A DNA stretch of 64,000 nt from the human T2T-CHM13v2.0 reference genome, Homo sapiens. The stretch lies in the NCBI RefSeq assembly GCF_009914755.1, contig NC_060929.1, one strand, 5' to 3'. Both the position numbers and the translations under genes were made by a program. Numbering within the stretch: position 1 is the first letter of the stretch; every line of letters begins with the position of its first letter. The notes under the pieces were generated by a model. That model was not told the origin of the DNA, did no database searches, and saw only the letters and a program-made list of their open reading frames with translations. Shown piece after piece: positions 1 through 17,458 of this stretch.

Positions 1-1589
1 TGCTTGGGCATTAAGGACCCCAGTGATGATTCTGGGAGACTTTCAGGAATGCTGACAAGGCTGGAGCTACTCAGGATTTGATGCCAAAGAAGCCACACTG
101 CACATGTGTTCCTCTAAGGTGTACTTGGTTCTCATCTGAGAGGCAAAGGCTCTACTTCTTTTTAATTGTTTGGTCCTAAGTTACCTTCAAACTCCACCTA
201 ACCACATCTCTAATCCTGTGTATAGCCTTTCCAACATCTTGTAAATTCCAAGGGGTTGGGGGAACCTTTAGGTTCCAAGGCTGAGCTAAGTTATAAATGA
301 ATACCCTGTGCAGTGTTGAGAATGAAACAGAAGCTTTGGTGCGTGGTAGCCCACTGTGAGTGGGGTTTCAAAGGAGCAGTCCAGGGGCCCTACATGAATA
401 GGCATATATGGGCCAAGAGACAGGCTTCTCTCAGCCATACCATAGTATACTGGAACAATGAGAAATGGGAGAGGACATACTTCTTAAAGTGACACACTGA
501 CCTGTTTTCATTCTCTCCTCTCTCTGCTTCTCCATTTCCACTTATTGCCCCTATTGCATCTGTCCAGTAACTGTTTCTTTAACAGTTTTCCAAACTGACA
601 TTATTAATCCAGAAGATGGATGGTGGTTTTTTAATTAAAAGAGAAAGCTGATTTTATTTGGTGAGACTTCTGCTATCATCTTCAGTGTTATATCCCAATA
701 TGAGTACTTTTTTTAATGTTCTACTAAATCCAATAGTATATTCACCTCACTCTCGAGTTAAACTCTTGGCTTTAAAAAAATTAGCCAGAAAAACTTCTTA
801 AGAAAAAATACAGTATTTTAAATTCTATAAATGAACTATATCTTAAAATATTTGGGGGCATAATTCAATTGTATCCATTTTACTTTAAGATCATGCAAAA
901 AGGGAAAGGTATAGATGCTATTTTATTGATATGCTGCTCCATGGATTTCAAATTCAACATCATAAGCCAAGATTTGTGGGACCAGAGGAATGTTCAAAAG
1001 TATAATCTGATACATTATCTGCTGCAGGAATTAAGTAAAATATTGCATACATCTCACTTCCTATACCAAATAGAGAGAATGAAAGTACTAGATTTTGTAT
1101 TACAGATAGTTTAGACAACTATAGGGAATTCTGAACTTTCAAACTTTTATATCCTAAACTCAAGATTTGGGCCTTGAAAAATAAAACTGATAAAACTGCT
1201 ACAGTGTAGATTTTTAAAATTACATTCATGTGGTGAAGTTGACACTTTCTGTTGGTATGGCTAGAAGTCAGATAGATGCTTAATTTGAAAGACCATGTTT
1301 TTATTTCTTCTCTTTTTCTTACCCTATGATTTCATTGACCTGAAGTGGCTTTTAGTGCCATTCAATTCACACAGAAGCCAAAATTGGTTACTGTGTTAAG
1401 AAGAAACCAAGATGTTTTATTTAGTTTATGAAACACTAGCAAAATTACTATTTGATGCAAAACTGTGAGGAAGTTTTGTAGTCATTGAAAGGAGCAAGAA
1501 TATAGACTGCTTGCAGTTCCAGTGTCGAGACATTCATTATCAGATTTACCACTTGAAAATATTATCAAGATAGTATTTATATTGTGTTT

Positions 1590-2070
1590 ACCAGGTAAAC
1601 TAAGCACTTTAGTTCTGAGCACTTTACATATTTTAAATCATTAATAGTGCTGTAACAAGCCTCTGAGGTAGGTACTGTTATCCCTCTTTAACAGATAAAG
1701 AGACTGAGGCACAAGGAAGAGAAGTGACTTGCTGAAATCACACACAGCTGAATGTGGACCCTGATTCAAATCCACACATCCTGACTCAAGCATCCTTGCT
1801 CTGTACTACTGTGCTACAGTGCCTCTTTACATCCTCCTGATGTAGAAATCTTCTTCTAGAATAATGAGAAGCAGTGTGAACTTTGAAGTAGGACTTCCTG
1901 GGCATGGTGCTTTCCATCTCTGGGCCAAAGTTTTCTCATCTTTACAAAAGGATTACGATCAACCCCCATCTCATACTGTGGTTAGGAGAATTGAGCAAGA
2001 CCATATACTAAAAGATGTCAGAACAGGGCCTGACAGATCATAGTGCCCAATAAACATTGGCTCTTGTTAT
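1590..2070. mobile_element. Two oppositely oriented MIR fragments
   Basis: Core ACAGATAAAGAGACTGAGGCACA near 1690 and reverse core TTTTCTCATCTTTACAAAAGG near 1930; boundaries approximate. Confidence 0.65.
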
Positions 2071-5000
2071 CATCATAAATATGTTAAAATGAGCTTTAGT
2101 ATGTGGATAATAGTAGCAGAATTTCCTGAATGAGACATGTTAAACATTTATTAAGCAGGCACTTTTTGGAGTTTATCTTATAATAATTCAGTAAGGTTAC
2201 TCTTGTCATCCCTATTTCACTGAATTTGAGGAATCTCAGGCTGCAAGATAACGTATTAGTTTTCTAGAATCAAATAAGCAAGGATTCAAACTCAGGATAT
2301 ATTGACCCCAAAACCTCAGATCTTTCTGCCATCCCTATCTTGTTCTAAACCCCAGGTTTGCTCATCCGGGCCCTAGTCATTGATCAAAAAGCACCAATAC
2401 AAATCAGAGTAGAGAAAGTCATATTGAGCTTGTGAGGTTGTATTATGGGCATGGTAACAAATGTAATTCAGCTGTATTGGCACAGTGCATAACAACCACA
2501 CTTAATTTCTGTCCTAAGACCTGTCTGAGCCCATAAATAAAGTTACATTAATAATTACGGAATGGTAAGGGACCACTCAGAAAATCTTGGTTGATATAGG
2601 AAGTGGCATCTGTGGCTTCTAATTGAGAGATATTGCTTCTTGAATCAGTGCTAGACCATTGCTCTAGGGGGATATTAAGCCTTCTCTGTCCATGGAAGAT
2701 GTGAAATTCAACAGCTGACCTGACTGCTTGTCGCTGTTGATGATCCTATAAAATTTCCTCTAAGATACGAACTCTGTGTTCTAGTCCAAATCAAGTGAAT
2801 ATTTCCTGTTGGTTGACCTACAACTTCAAGGGTATGAGGTCATAAGTTTAAAAAGATTCCTTTTCTCCCCAGTGTTGTAAGAGTTATTTTAGTTCTATCA
2901 AATGCTCCCAGTGAGTACTGCATATTTCCTTTTTGCCAGATACATTAGCTATTCACTCTTTTTTCCTATCTCTTCTATGCTTTTATTTTTTCCCTCATCT
3001 GTTTAACCAATGGTACCCTGAATTTTAGAACCAGACAGGTAGTAGGACAAGGCAGGTGAAAATGCACAGGTTGTAAATTTCAGAATGCACATTCAAATTC
3101 CATCGTTGTCTCTTACTAACTGAATGAATGTAGGTAAGATGCTTTACCTCTCAGAGTCTTACTTACCCCATCTATAAAATGAGAATAATACAAACTGTCT
3201 TCTGTGGTTTTCTTGAGCATTAAACGTCTCTATTTATGGAACATAGTTTCACATAGTAACTGATTCTGTACCAATGCCCTGCCCCCCATGTAGGCAAATG
3301 CATGTCCCGAAAGACCCAAAACAAGTTGTCCCTCTTTTCAAGATGAAGATTTGTAATCTCTCCTTAAACTTATCCAGTTCTGGTGTTTAATTTCCTTTAT
3401 AAGCCAGAAGTTGTTTTACGTCTCACCAAATCTTATAACATGAATATTACACTGTCTTCCAAATGTGAGCCTCTAATTACCTTAGGCCAATAGCAGAGCC
3501 TCTGATCTTGTCTTTTCTCCTTTTCCGCTTACCAGACAGCACATTCTGCCTGAGAGTTGAGACCCAAAAAGATATAAATCAACTAGGGGGCAAAAATGGA
3601 GTTTCCTAAGCTTGTCCCAGAGTTTGACTCAGTAGCCTGAGGTGGAGTTCAGGGGCTTGATGTTAAAAACAAGCTACCCCAGTGGTTTTGCTGCAGGTGG
3701 ACCAGACTCCCAAGACCACATTTTGCAAGCACTGGCATTTAGGAAGAGCACGTACCTACTCTAGCAGAGTTTATGCAGACTATGATTGCAGCCTAGTTTG
3801 TGCAGACTATTGATTGCAGCCACTTGGCAAGGCTCTATAAGAAAAAGCGAGCCAACATGTAAGTAAATTATCATGGCCTTGAAACTCCTCATCTGAAAGG
3901 GTTTCCTCTCATCCCCTCATCCCCTTGTGTCTGCCCCTGAATGCCAGACTATCTTCTCCAGCCCCAAGTCAACCTCTCATTTTTAAGCCATTCCTCATTC
4001 TCCTATATAGTCCAAAATAGCGAATACATTTTTAGGAATTCTCTTGCTTTATGGACGTTCATCCAAAAATATTTCATTATGAGAATAAGTGCTTAGCTTA
4101 TCCTGTAGTGTCTTTCTGCTCTAATATTTGGGCCCTTCCTTTCCACATAGTTGCATTTTCTTTGACGGGCAGATGCTGCTCCTTTAATATTTTTCACACC
4201 TTTGTGCTTCTAACAGAGCAATTATTTCAGGATGAGGGCACTTGGAGAGCTGTAAGAGGATAAGGAGCCCAGGGCTCTGCCTTGGATTTGTGTACCTAAA
4301 TGTTACCTAATTAGATAAACCTGAGGAAGATGTGGAAGCAAAGTAGAATGGAACAGAAAGTGTTTGAATAATAAGAATTTGGACATTGCTGCTCCGTGGT
4401 GACATTGGCAGACTCTAAGCCTCTTGCCTCATTTTATTCATTCATGTATGACGGGGTTATGCTCAGTCATGTCACTAAAATTTGTATTCTACATCCCATT
4501 AGTAAAGTAATTTTTGAACACATGATACATATGTTTACATATTTGTAAGTTATATATATGTACAAGGTTCTAATATATTCTGTTCATTGTCAAACATAAA
4601 ATATATATAAATTTGGTTTAATATAAAATATAAAATTGGCATTAGTAGACACTGTCTACCGAAATGAGACACTGTCTCATTTCTGAAAAAAGCACAATGT
4701 ATACTAAGTTAAAGGTTCATTCTTAACAGCAGTAGGAGTAGATCTTTATTTCAAATAGTCTTTGGGATAATTTCCTATTTTGGAAGACAGCTTATCAGAT
4801 TTGGTTAGAGTTGATGAAAGCTTATTCTAGGGTTAAGAAAAGTATTAGCCCAGCCATTTTCTTATTGTTGATTTGGGCTTGCATAATTAGTTTTACCTTC
4901 AGTATGAAGTTTCTTTACATGAATCTTTTTAACTCACTTATTTGTTATACAATTATTAGTTAAATCAATTTTAAATCAGTATAATCTATCCACAAAATCA

Positions 5001-6736
5001 GTCATACAGAACCTGCAAAAAACATGTTCTAACATGTTACATGAAGAGGTAACTAAAGATACTACAAACAACCCCTCTGAACGGTAACACTCCCACTCTT
5101 CCTGCAAAATTCCTCTCATAGCAAATGCAACATGTGACTCAGACACAGGCTGACTGAAGGCTTTATGCAACTCTTACATGCTCAATATTAGAAAACTTTC
5201 ATTTGTTTCCTATTTTATATAAACAACACATATAAATAAACATTTTAGTATCTTCTCATTACCCAGTGGATTGTCTTGCATGGTCCATTTTGAAGACAGT
5301 AAACTGTAGCCTCTATTTTTATTTAATTTCAAATACCTGTTTGCCAATATTCACAGCCAGCTCTTGTTAATGTTCTTTTCTGTCCTGTGAATCCTGATGT
5401 CGTATCTTGCAACATCACCTCTAAAGCCTATCTTTGCACTCCTGTCCATCCCCCATTCTCTATTATTATGCTGCCTCTGATGGCCAGAGAAAAAAATCTT
5501 GAAAATATATATTGTATTGCCCTACCTGGCGAGGAATCAGCAGTTATACAATTCAAAGTTGCAGCAATTCACCACATTGTTTAGCACCCTACTATGTGTA
5601 AGGAGGAAGCTTGATTTAAAAAATATATACAATCATGCCTTCTTCAAGAATGTTTTGGAGCATGCAAGAGCTTAATGCTCATGGACATTTACTTTATTCC
5701 AGCAAATTTAGACCCAATCTCTGTGTAGTTTCATTTTGTTTTCCATTTCCTGATTAACTGACTATATATCTAGCTACTTATTTGCTGCCATCTAGTGTAA
5801 TAAAGTATGTTGATTATACAAGGAATTTTGAGCCCATTATGTAGTTGAATATCAGTACTCAAAATGATTCTTTTTTTCTGGTTTCTTATAAGTTTACAAA
5901 ATGCCTAGTCAGGGACCTTTCTTATCACTGTAACCCTGAACATGGTCTTAATCTTGTGTCATAGAATCTAGGGCTCAGGATCAACCTTCGTTCATTTTCT
6001 ATAAATGTGACATTTGGAAACTGGGTAGGGGCTTAGCAGTTGGTGGATATGAAGTAAATATATAAGAGTAATCATTAAGAGATCATCTCAGTTTAGTGAC
6101 CATGATTTTTTCCTCATGGAGGCAGCAAAACACAGCATGGATTCTTACCAGTAGTGTGACCATGGGCAATTTATTTCTCTCTTGGAGGCATCATTTTCTT
6201 CATATCTAAAATGAAATGGTAGGTCCAGGTGACTGTTAAGGTCTCTTCTAGCTCTAAGAGTCTGTGTCTACATATAAATGATTTTCTCTGCCAAAGTAGT
6301 GTTTTTAGAGTCCTTTTTAATGCCAGAAATGAATACGGCTTCTCTAGTTCTTCTAAGTGGCCATCTATCCTTTGGTGATGGTTAGAAGTAAGCAGAGATC
6401 CTGGCTAGAAAGAGAGAGAGGAAAATGTGGACCATGATTTTATTCCTTTTATTCTTGAGAGTTGTCCAATGGGATATTGTCCACTAGTGGATAAGTAGAT
6501 ACTTGCCAATATGCACCTGACCTCTTCTCTTCACTCATAATGGGAATTTAGAAGTATAATACCTGTTATAATCAACTTCCTAATCTCTATCCCTTTTTTG
6601 TCACTCTATTTCCTACTGTAACTTCTCTATGAAGTACTATAAGTCTACAGTAACATACTGGTGTTTCCCTTTCCTTATGAAGTTTTATATAGCTACTCCA
6701 GTATATCCTAAAATGTTCCTTTTTCTTGCTTTTATA

Positions 6737-6820
6737 GTGGAGTCTTGCTTGTTGGCCAGGCTGGCCTCAAACTCCTGAGCTCAAGTGATCCTCCCACCTA
6801 ATAGTAGCTGGGTATTCTTC
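6737..6820 (-). mobile_element. Degenerate Alu monomer fragment (FLAM/AluJ-like)
   Basis: GTTGGCCAGGCTGGCCTCAAACTCCTGAGCTCAAGTGATCCTCCCACCT. Confidence 0.7.
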
Positions 6821-7549
6821 TGAGTAGGTGGTCCTAAAATGTTTTATTTTCAGCTTATTTCATAGGTATAAGTCTTATTTTCCCAACCAGGCTGAAAACT
6901 TTTCAGAATCAGGACTTGTCTTTAGTTTCTCATTTTTTATGAGGGGATGTGGCATTATTGCTTAGGGAATTCAGATATTTCTGATAATAAAGATGCTTTT
7001 CTGTTTGTTCATATAAATTAGGGTAAAAGAGGAAGTACAAAACTATCTCAAATCAAGTACAGGACTCTTAATTATTACTAGCTATCTAACAGCTCATAGA
7101 AACCGATAAGTTTCTGAACCTAATGCCAAAAAAAAGCAACCTTACCATAAAAAGAAAATCCAAATAAAACTGAAAGAGGCAGTGGGCAGTGCTACCTATG
7201 GGAAGAAAACTTTGAAGTGGGAAAAATCTGGATTCACATCCCAGCTTTGCTACTTATTACCTTTGTGTTTTGGCTAAAAATTATCTAACTTTCCTGAAGT
7301 TAAGTTTCCTTCTCTGTAAAATGAGGGTTATAATAATATATACAGCATACTCCACAGAAGAGTTGTGAAGATGGAATGAGAAAGCAAATGGCAAAAACTT
7401 AGCACAAAGTAGGAGCTCAATCAATCATGGTTAAAAAGAACTTTTATCCATTGTTATTTTTGCTTATATACAGTAAGAATTATCCAATGCAAATGTAATC
7501 AGAGCATCTGCAATTGAGCTTTATAAAGTGAATTATAATTCTCATACCA

Positions 7550-7768
7550 TAGTGGTTCTCATCAAGGGTGATTTTTTTCCCCCCAGGGGACATTTGGCAA
7601 TGTCTAGAGACATTTTACTTGTCACACTGGAAAAGAGGGGGTGCTACTGGCATCTAGTAGGTAGAGAGTAGGAATGATGATAAGCATTCTCTAATGCACA
7701 GGACAGCATTCCACAGCAACAAATGATCTGATCCAAAATACCAATAGTGTGGAAGTTGAGAAACCCTA
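7550..7768 (+). mobile_element. MER20 (hAT-Charlie MITE)
   Basis: AGTGGTTCTC...CCCCAGGGGACATTTGGCAATGTCTAGAGACATTTT...GTTGAGAAACCCT. Confidence 0.85.
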
Positions 7769-8743
7769 CCATAAAGCCTAGGGAGTCCATTACTTCTGAC
7801 CTAAATTTGTTTTATATTTAAGAGTGGATGTGGATTAAAAGTAGCTTCCATTTTGGTAGGTTATGAAGAGAGTTGTCTAATCTGTGCTTTAGATTCTAAT
7901 TTTGAGGCATATTTTTAGGCTAAGGCATTGCAATATATAAGGCTTTCTAAGTTTCAGACATTTTCTTGGAGGTCAACAAATGAAGGCTTGGGGATCTATT
8001 AACCCACTAGAGTAGTGTAATAATGGTGGTGGTTGTTTATTGAAGACTAACCAAGTGCCAAGTACTCTATAATAATCTGATTTATTTTTCAGCAACTGTA
8101 TAAGCAGGTATTTTGCTCTCATTTTACACAGGGGAAAACTGGAGCTTAGAGAACTTATGTAACATTACTAGCAAGTTGCACAGCTGGGATTCAAACTGAA
8201 ATCCAGCTAGCTTCAAAGACTGTGTTCTTTCTGCTGCTGCATACTACCCCTACCTACCAAGGCTCTGAGATTAGAAAGCAGGATGGGTGTGTTTTAAAGG
8301 AAATAAGGTAGGAAAGTTTTCAAATATTAGAAACTCTGCACAAGAAGATTAGGTCAAGTTTCCCACTGAGGGGCCCTTGAGTATCTATGAACTCGATGAA
8401 AACTCTGAGCTTCTCAGGAAGGTAGACCAAAGGGAAAGGATTCATCAAAATGGATGTTAGCACTATGCCATGTGTATTACTCCATCCTCACACGGCCAAA
8501 AGGACATACCTGAGACTGGGTAATTTGTAAGGAAAAAGAGGTTTAAAAAAGTTCTCTTCGATGGCCAAATAGGAACAGCTCCGGTCTACAGCTCCCAGCG
8601 TGAGCGACACAGAAGACGGGTGATTTCTGCATTTCCATCTGAGCTACTGCATTCATCTCACTAGGGAGTGCCAGACAGTGGGCCCGGGACAGTGGGTGCA
8701 GCACACTTTGCAGGAGCCGAAGCAGGGTGAGGCATTGCCTCAC

Positions 8744-8998
8744 TCAGGAAGCGCAAGGGGACAGGGAGTTCCCTTTCCTAGTCAAAGAAAGGGGTGACAG
8801 ATGGCACCTGGAAAATCGGGTCACTCCCACCCTAATACTGCGCTTTTCTGACGGGCTTAAAAAACGGCGCACCAGGAGATTATATCCCGCACCTGGCTCG
8901 GAGGGTCCTACGCCCACGGAGTCTCGCTGATTGCTAGCACAGCAGTCTGAGATCAAACTGCAAGGTGGCAGCAAGGCTGGGGGAGGGGCGCCAGGCAT
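8744..8998 (-). CDS. L1 ORF0-like antisense ORF (84 aa)
   Basis: MPGAPPPALLPPCSLISDCCASNQRDSVGVGPSEPG... matches the primate L1 ORF0 N-terminus; ATG at 8998-8996. Expression is unknown. Confidence 0.6.
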   Translation of the reverse strand: MPGAPPPALLPPCSLISDCCASNQRDSVGVGPSEPGAGYNLLVRRFLSPSEKRSIRVGVTRFSRCHLSPLSLTRKGNSLSPCAS

Positions 8999-9581
8999 TG
9001 CCCAGGTTTGCTTAGGTAAACAAAGCAGGCGGGAATCTCGAACTGGGTGGAGCCCACAACAGCTCAAGGAGGCCTGCCTGCCTCTGTAGACTCCACCTCT
9101 GGGGGCAGGGTACAGACAAACAAAAAGACAGCAGTAACCTCTGCAGACTTAAATGTCCCTGTCTGACAGCTTTGAAGAGAGCAGTGGTTCTCCCAGCATG
9201 CAGCTGGAGATCTGAGAACAGGCAGACTGCCTCCTCAAGTGGGTCCCTGACCCCTGACCCCTGAGCAGCCTAACTGGGAGACACCCCTCAGTAGGGGCAG
9301 ACTGACACCTCACACGGCCAGGTACTCCTCTGAGACAAAACTTCCAGAGGAACGATCAGGCAGCAGCATTCAAGGTTCATGAAAATCCGCTGTTCTGCAG
9401 CCACCGCTGCTGGTACCCAGGAAAACAGGGTCTGGAGTGGACCTCTAGCAAACTCCAACAGACCTGCAGCTGAGGGTCCTGTCTGTTAGAAGGAAAACTA
9501 ACAAACAGAAAGGACATCCACACCAAAAACCCATCTGTACATCACCATCATCAAAGACCAAAAGTAGATAAAACCACAAAG

Positions 9582-10591
9582 ATGGGGAAAAAACAGAGCA
9601 GAAAAACTGGAAACTCTGAAAAGCAGAGCACCTCTCCTCCTCCAAAGGAACGCAGTTCCTCACCAGCAACGGAACAAAGCTGGACGGAGAATGACTTTGA
9701 CGAGCTGAGAGAAGACTTCAGACGATCAAATTACTCCGAGCTACAGGAGGAAATTGAAACCAAAGGCAAAGAAGTTGAAAACTCTGAAAAAAATTTAGAA
9801 GAATGTATAACTAGAATAACCAATACAGAGAAGTGCTTAAAGGAGCTGATGGAGCTGAAAACCAAGGCTCAAGAACTACATGAAGAATGCAGAAGCCTCA
9901 GGAGCCGATGCGATCAGCTGGTAGAAATGGTATCAGTGATGGAATATGAAATGAATGAAATGAAGTGAGAAGGGAAGTTTAGAGAAAAAAGAATAAAAAG
10001 AAACAAAGCCTCCAAGAAATATGGGACTATGTGAAAAGACCAAATCTATGTCTGATTGGTGTACCTGAAATTGACGGGGAGAATGGAACCAAGTTGGAAA
10101 ACACTCTGCAGGATATTATCCAGGAGAACTTCCCCAATCTAGCAAGGCAGGCCAACATTCAGATTCAGGAAATACAAAGAACGCCACAAAGATATTCCTC
10201 GAGAAGAGCAGCTCCAAGACACATAATTGTCAGATTCACCAAAGTTGAAACGAAGGAAAAAATGTTCAGGGCAGCCAGAGAGAAAGGTCGGGTTACCCAG
10301 AAAGGGAAGCCCATCAGTCTAACAGCTAATCTCTTGGCAGAAACTCTACAAGCCAGAAGAGAGTGGGGGCCAATATTCAACATTCTTAAAGAAAAGAATT
10401 TTCAACCCAGAATTTCATATCCAGCCAAACTAAGCTTCATAAGTGAAGGGGAAATAAAATACTTTACAGACAAGCAAATGCTGAGAGATTTTGTCACCAC
10501 CAGGCCTGCCCTACAAGAGCTCCTGAAGGAAGCACTAAACATGGAAAGGAACAACAGGTACCAGCCACTGCAAAATCATGCCAAATTGTAA
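9582..10591 (+). pseudogene. L1 ORF1p, disrupted
   Basis: MGKKQSRKTGNS... is stopped by TGA at 9966-9968 and then frameshifted; the C-terminal half lies in ORF 10031-10591. Confidence 0.95.
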
Positions 10592-10639
10592 AGACCATCA
10601 AGGCTAGGAAGAAACTGCATCAACTAACGAGTAAAATAA

Positions 10640-14469
<3,830 letters not shown>

Positions 14470-15104
14470 ACAATGAGAACACATGGACACAGGAAGGGGA
14501 ACATCACACTCTGGGGACTGTTGTGGGGGTGGAGGAGGGGGAAGGGATAGCTTTAGGAGATATACCTAATGCTAAATGACGAGTTAATGGGTGCAGCACA
14601 CCAGCATGCCACATGTATACACATGTGACTAACCTGCACATTGTGCACATGTACCCTGAAACTTAAAGTATAATAATAATAAAAGAAAAAAAAAGAAAAA
14701 GAGGTTTAATGGACTCACAGTTCCACATGGCTGGTGAGGCCTCACAGTCATGGTAGAGGGTGAATGAGGAGCAAAAGCATGTCTTGCATGGCGGCAGAAA
14801 AGAAAGCATGTGCAGGGGAACTGCCCTTTATAAAACCATCAGATCTCATGAGACTTATTCACTGTCATGAGAACAGCACAAGAAAAACCTGCCCCCATGA
14901 TTCAATTACCTTCCACCAGCTCCCTCTCATGACACATGCGGATTATGGGAGGTGCAATTCAAGATGTGATTTGTATGGGGACACAGCCAAACCATATCAC
15001 CATGACATACAATTTGCCGATTCAGCAACAGTTTTCAGGTCTTCTATTTTTAAGCCTAATGCAATATATTTTATGAATTCTTCCTATTTATGTTTTTCCT
15101 TTTA

Positions 15105-15600
15105 AATAAGTTCTACTATCTTAACTATCACTTTCAAATATAATGCAAGCTACATATGCCATTTTAAATTTTTTAGTAGTTACATTTAAAAAGAGGGTGA
15201 AATTAATTTTAACAAAGTAGGTTATTTATCCCAATATATCCAAACTATTATCATTTTGACATGTAGTGAAGCTAATAAAAGCATTCATTGTTAATGATCT
15301 ATCTCTTACATTATTTTTTCCTAATAAATCTTCAGAATCTGGGTGTGCATTTTAACTTTCCAGCACATCTCAACTGGGATGTGAAATTTTCAGCAATTAA
15401 AGTGAAATATAGCCCTATCAAAACTATTAATGTTGCATTTAGGAAAAAGATATTTTTCACTCTTTTTATTTTTAAATTTGAGTTTAAATTAATTAAAATG
15501 GAATAAAATTTAAAATTCAATTCTCTGTCACACTAGCCACATTTCAAGTGCTCAATACCTACGAAAGACCCATGGCTACCATATTGGACAGCACAGATCT
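15105..15600. mobile_element. MER33/MER3-type hAT-Charlie element(s)
   Basis: Ends with CTAGCCACATTTCAAGTGCTCAAT...GGCTACCATATTGGACAGCACAG. Confidence 0.75.
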
Positions 15601-16397
15601 AAGCTCTTATTGCTCAGAATGTGGTCCCCAGAGCAGAATCAACAGCATCTGTGAACTTATCAAAAGTGCAGTATTTCAGTTCACACCTACTGAATCTGCA
15701 TTTTAACACAATCCCCAGGTGATGCTTGTTCACATGAAAGTTGTGTCTCTCTAAATCGCAGATCTTTTCAACAAAGAGCCCAGAAAAAGCACATGAATCA
15801 ATAACTGTGAGGAATAAGGAAACTTGCCACAGGAGAATGGTGCCAGGGTTGGCATTAATGATGTGCTCTGGTGAAAAGTCGTAGGTTTCCCACAAAGGCA
15901 ACCATGGCTATTCTATTGTTTGAACTGACACAGAGCCATTCTAGAGCTTGGAGTTGGCTCTGCTCCCAGAATCTACATCAAAGAATCTAACACTAACTTC
16001 CATGACTACCACAATTAAGGCAGCTGCACACCCCACCACTATATATATTTGAAATTGCAACTTTAGAACCCCTGTAACACAGCCGTGAGCATGTTTCTGC
16101 TATACACAAGTGGAATTTAAGGTCGAACCTCCCTGGGAGACCCCAGGAAGATCACCCACAAGAGTGGCTTTTGTTGTCTGCCTCACTGTCATCCTCTGAG
16201 AGCTAACACAGACACAGTCAACATCCTCTTATATGGAGGTTGGCCCAGATGCCCCTGGGGATTCAATGTATTCTGCTTCACCTCACTAATCCTTATTTGG
16301 TTTGTTTTTCACAGAACTCAGTATTTGATGGGCCTTTCAATATTTTCCTTTAAGGAATTCATTGTACTAATATAACATAGAAGCTCATTGTTCTAAT

Positions 16398-16560
16398 AAG
16401 TGGTCCCCAATGTTGGCTGCACATTAGAATCACCTGGGGCATTTTGAAAAATACCAATGCCCAGGCATCACCCCAATCTAATTAAATTAAACCTGTGGAA
16501 GGTATTTTGTTAAAGATCCCCAAGTGATTACAATGTGCAGCCAGAGTTGAAATCCACTGG
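16398..16560. mobile_element. MER5-type MITE
   Basis: AGTGGTCCCCAATGTTGGCTGCACATTAGAATCACCTGGGG...GAGTTGAAATCCACTG. Confidence 0.75.
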
Positions 16561-17257
16561 TCCAATTAGAAGGAGGCCTTAGCTAGCGGTCAGGTGCCCA
16601 AGGAAAGGCATCTCAAGTTTTAATGCGCATACAGATAGCTTGGGATTTGTTAAAATGCAGATTCTGATCCAGTAGGTATGGGTGGAAATAAACCCATGTT
16701 TGTGTACAGATGTTTCTCTTGTGGTATGTGGTTGGTAATCATCCTCAGTATGTTTCCATTTCCGGCAAACTGGGTTGAGTTGATGACCCTATTCTTACTC
16801 CTCCCTGAAACCTTTGTCTCTCCCTCAGGCTCCCAGTTCTCATTAATCACTACTTTCTGTGATATTCTGAAGCAATTATTATCTTTAACTGCCTTTTTTC
16901 ATTAGCTACTTCTCTATCTGCTTATGTACGTGAGTTATTTCCTCTACTGGATTACGATCTTCAAGGTAGATCCAAATATCATGTCATTTTTATAATTCTC
17001 ACTGCACCTAAAGAGTGCCTTACACACAAATGCCACTTGTTGATTAATTGAAACAGGGAATAGCTGATGTGATCATCTCAAAAAATATCCAAAAGACTTA
17101 AAAATGCAAGATATTTTTCTTTGTTGGACAGAAAAAGAAAGTTTAGATAGGCAAGGGGGTAGGAGATATTGAGGCTTTCAATTTTTATTTCACTCGGTAC
17201 ATATTTAAATTTTGAAGAATTATTTTGTAATTTAGTGATTTTAATTATTTGTTGGGA

Positions 17258-17458
17258 ATAGGGCACTATTGACATTTTGGACTAGATCATTCTTTGTTGT
17301 GGCTGTCATCCTGTGCATTGTAATATGTTTCACAGCATCCCTGGCCTCAACCCACTAGATGCCAGTATCACCCTTTACCCCAGTCTTGAGAACCAAAAAT
17401 GTCTCCAGTCATTGCAAAATGTCTCCTGGGAAACTCATTCATGGTTGAGAACCCTTAG
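17258..17458 (-). mobile_element. MER20
   Basis: CAGCATCCCTGGCCTCAACCCACTAGATGCCAGTA...AAATGTCTCCAGTCATTGCAAAATGTC...GGTTGAGAACC. Confidence 0.75.
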
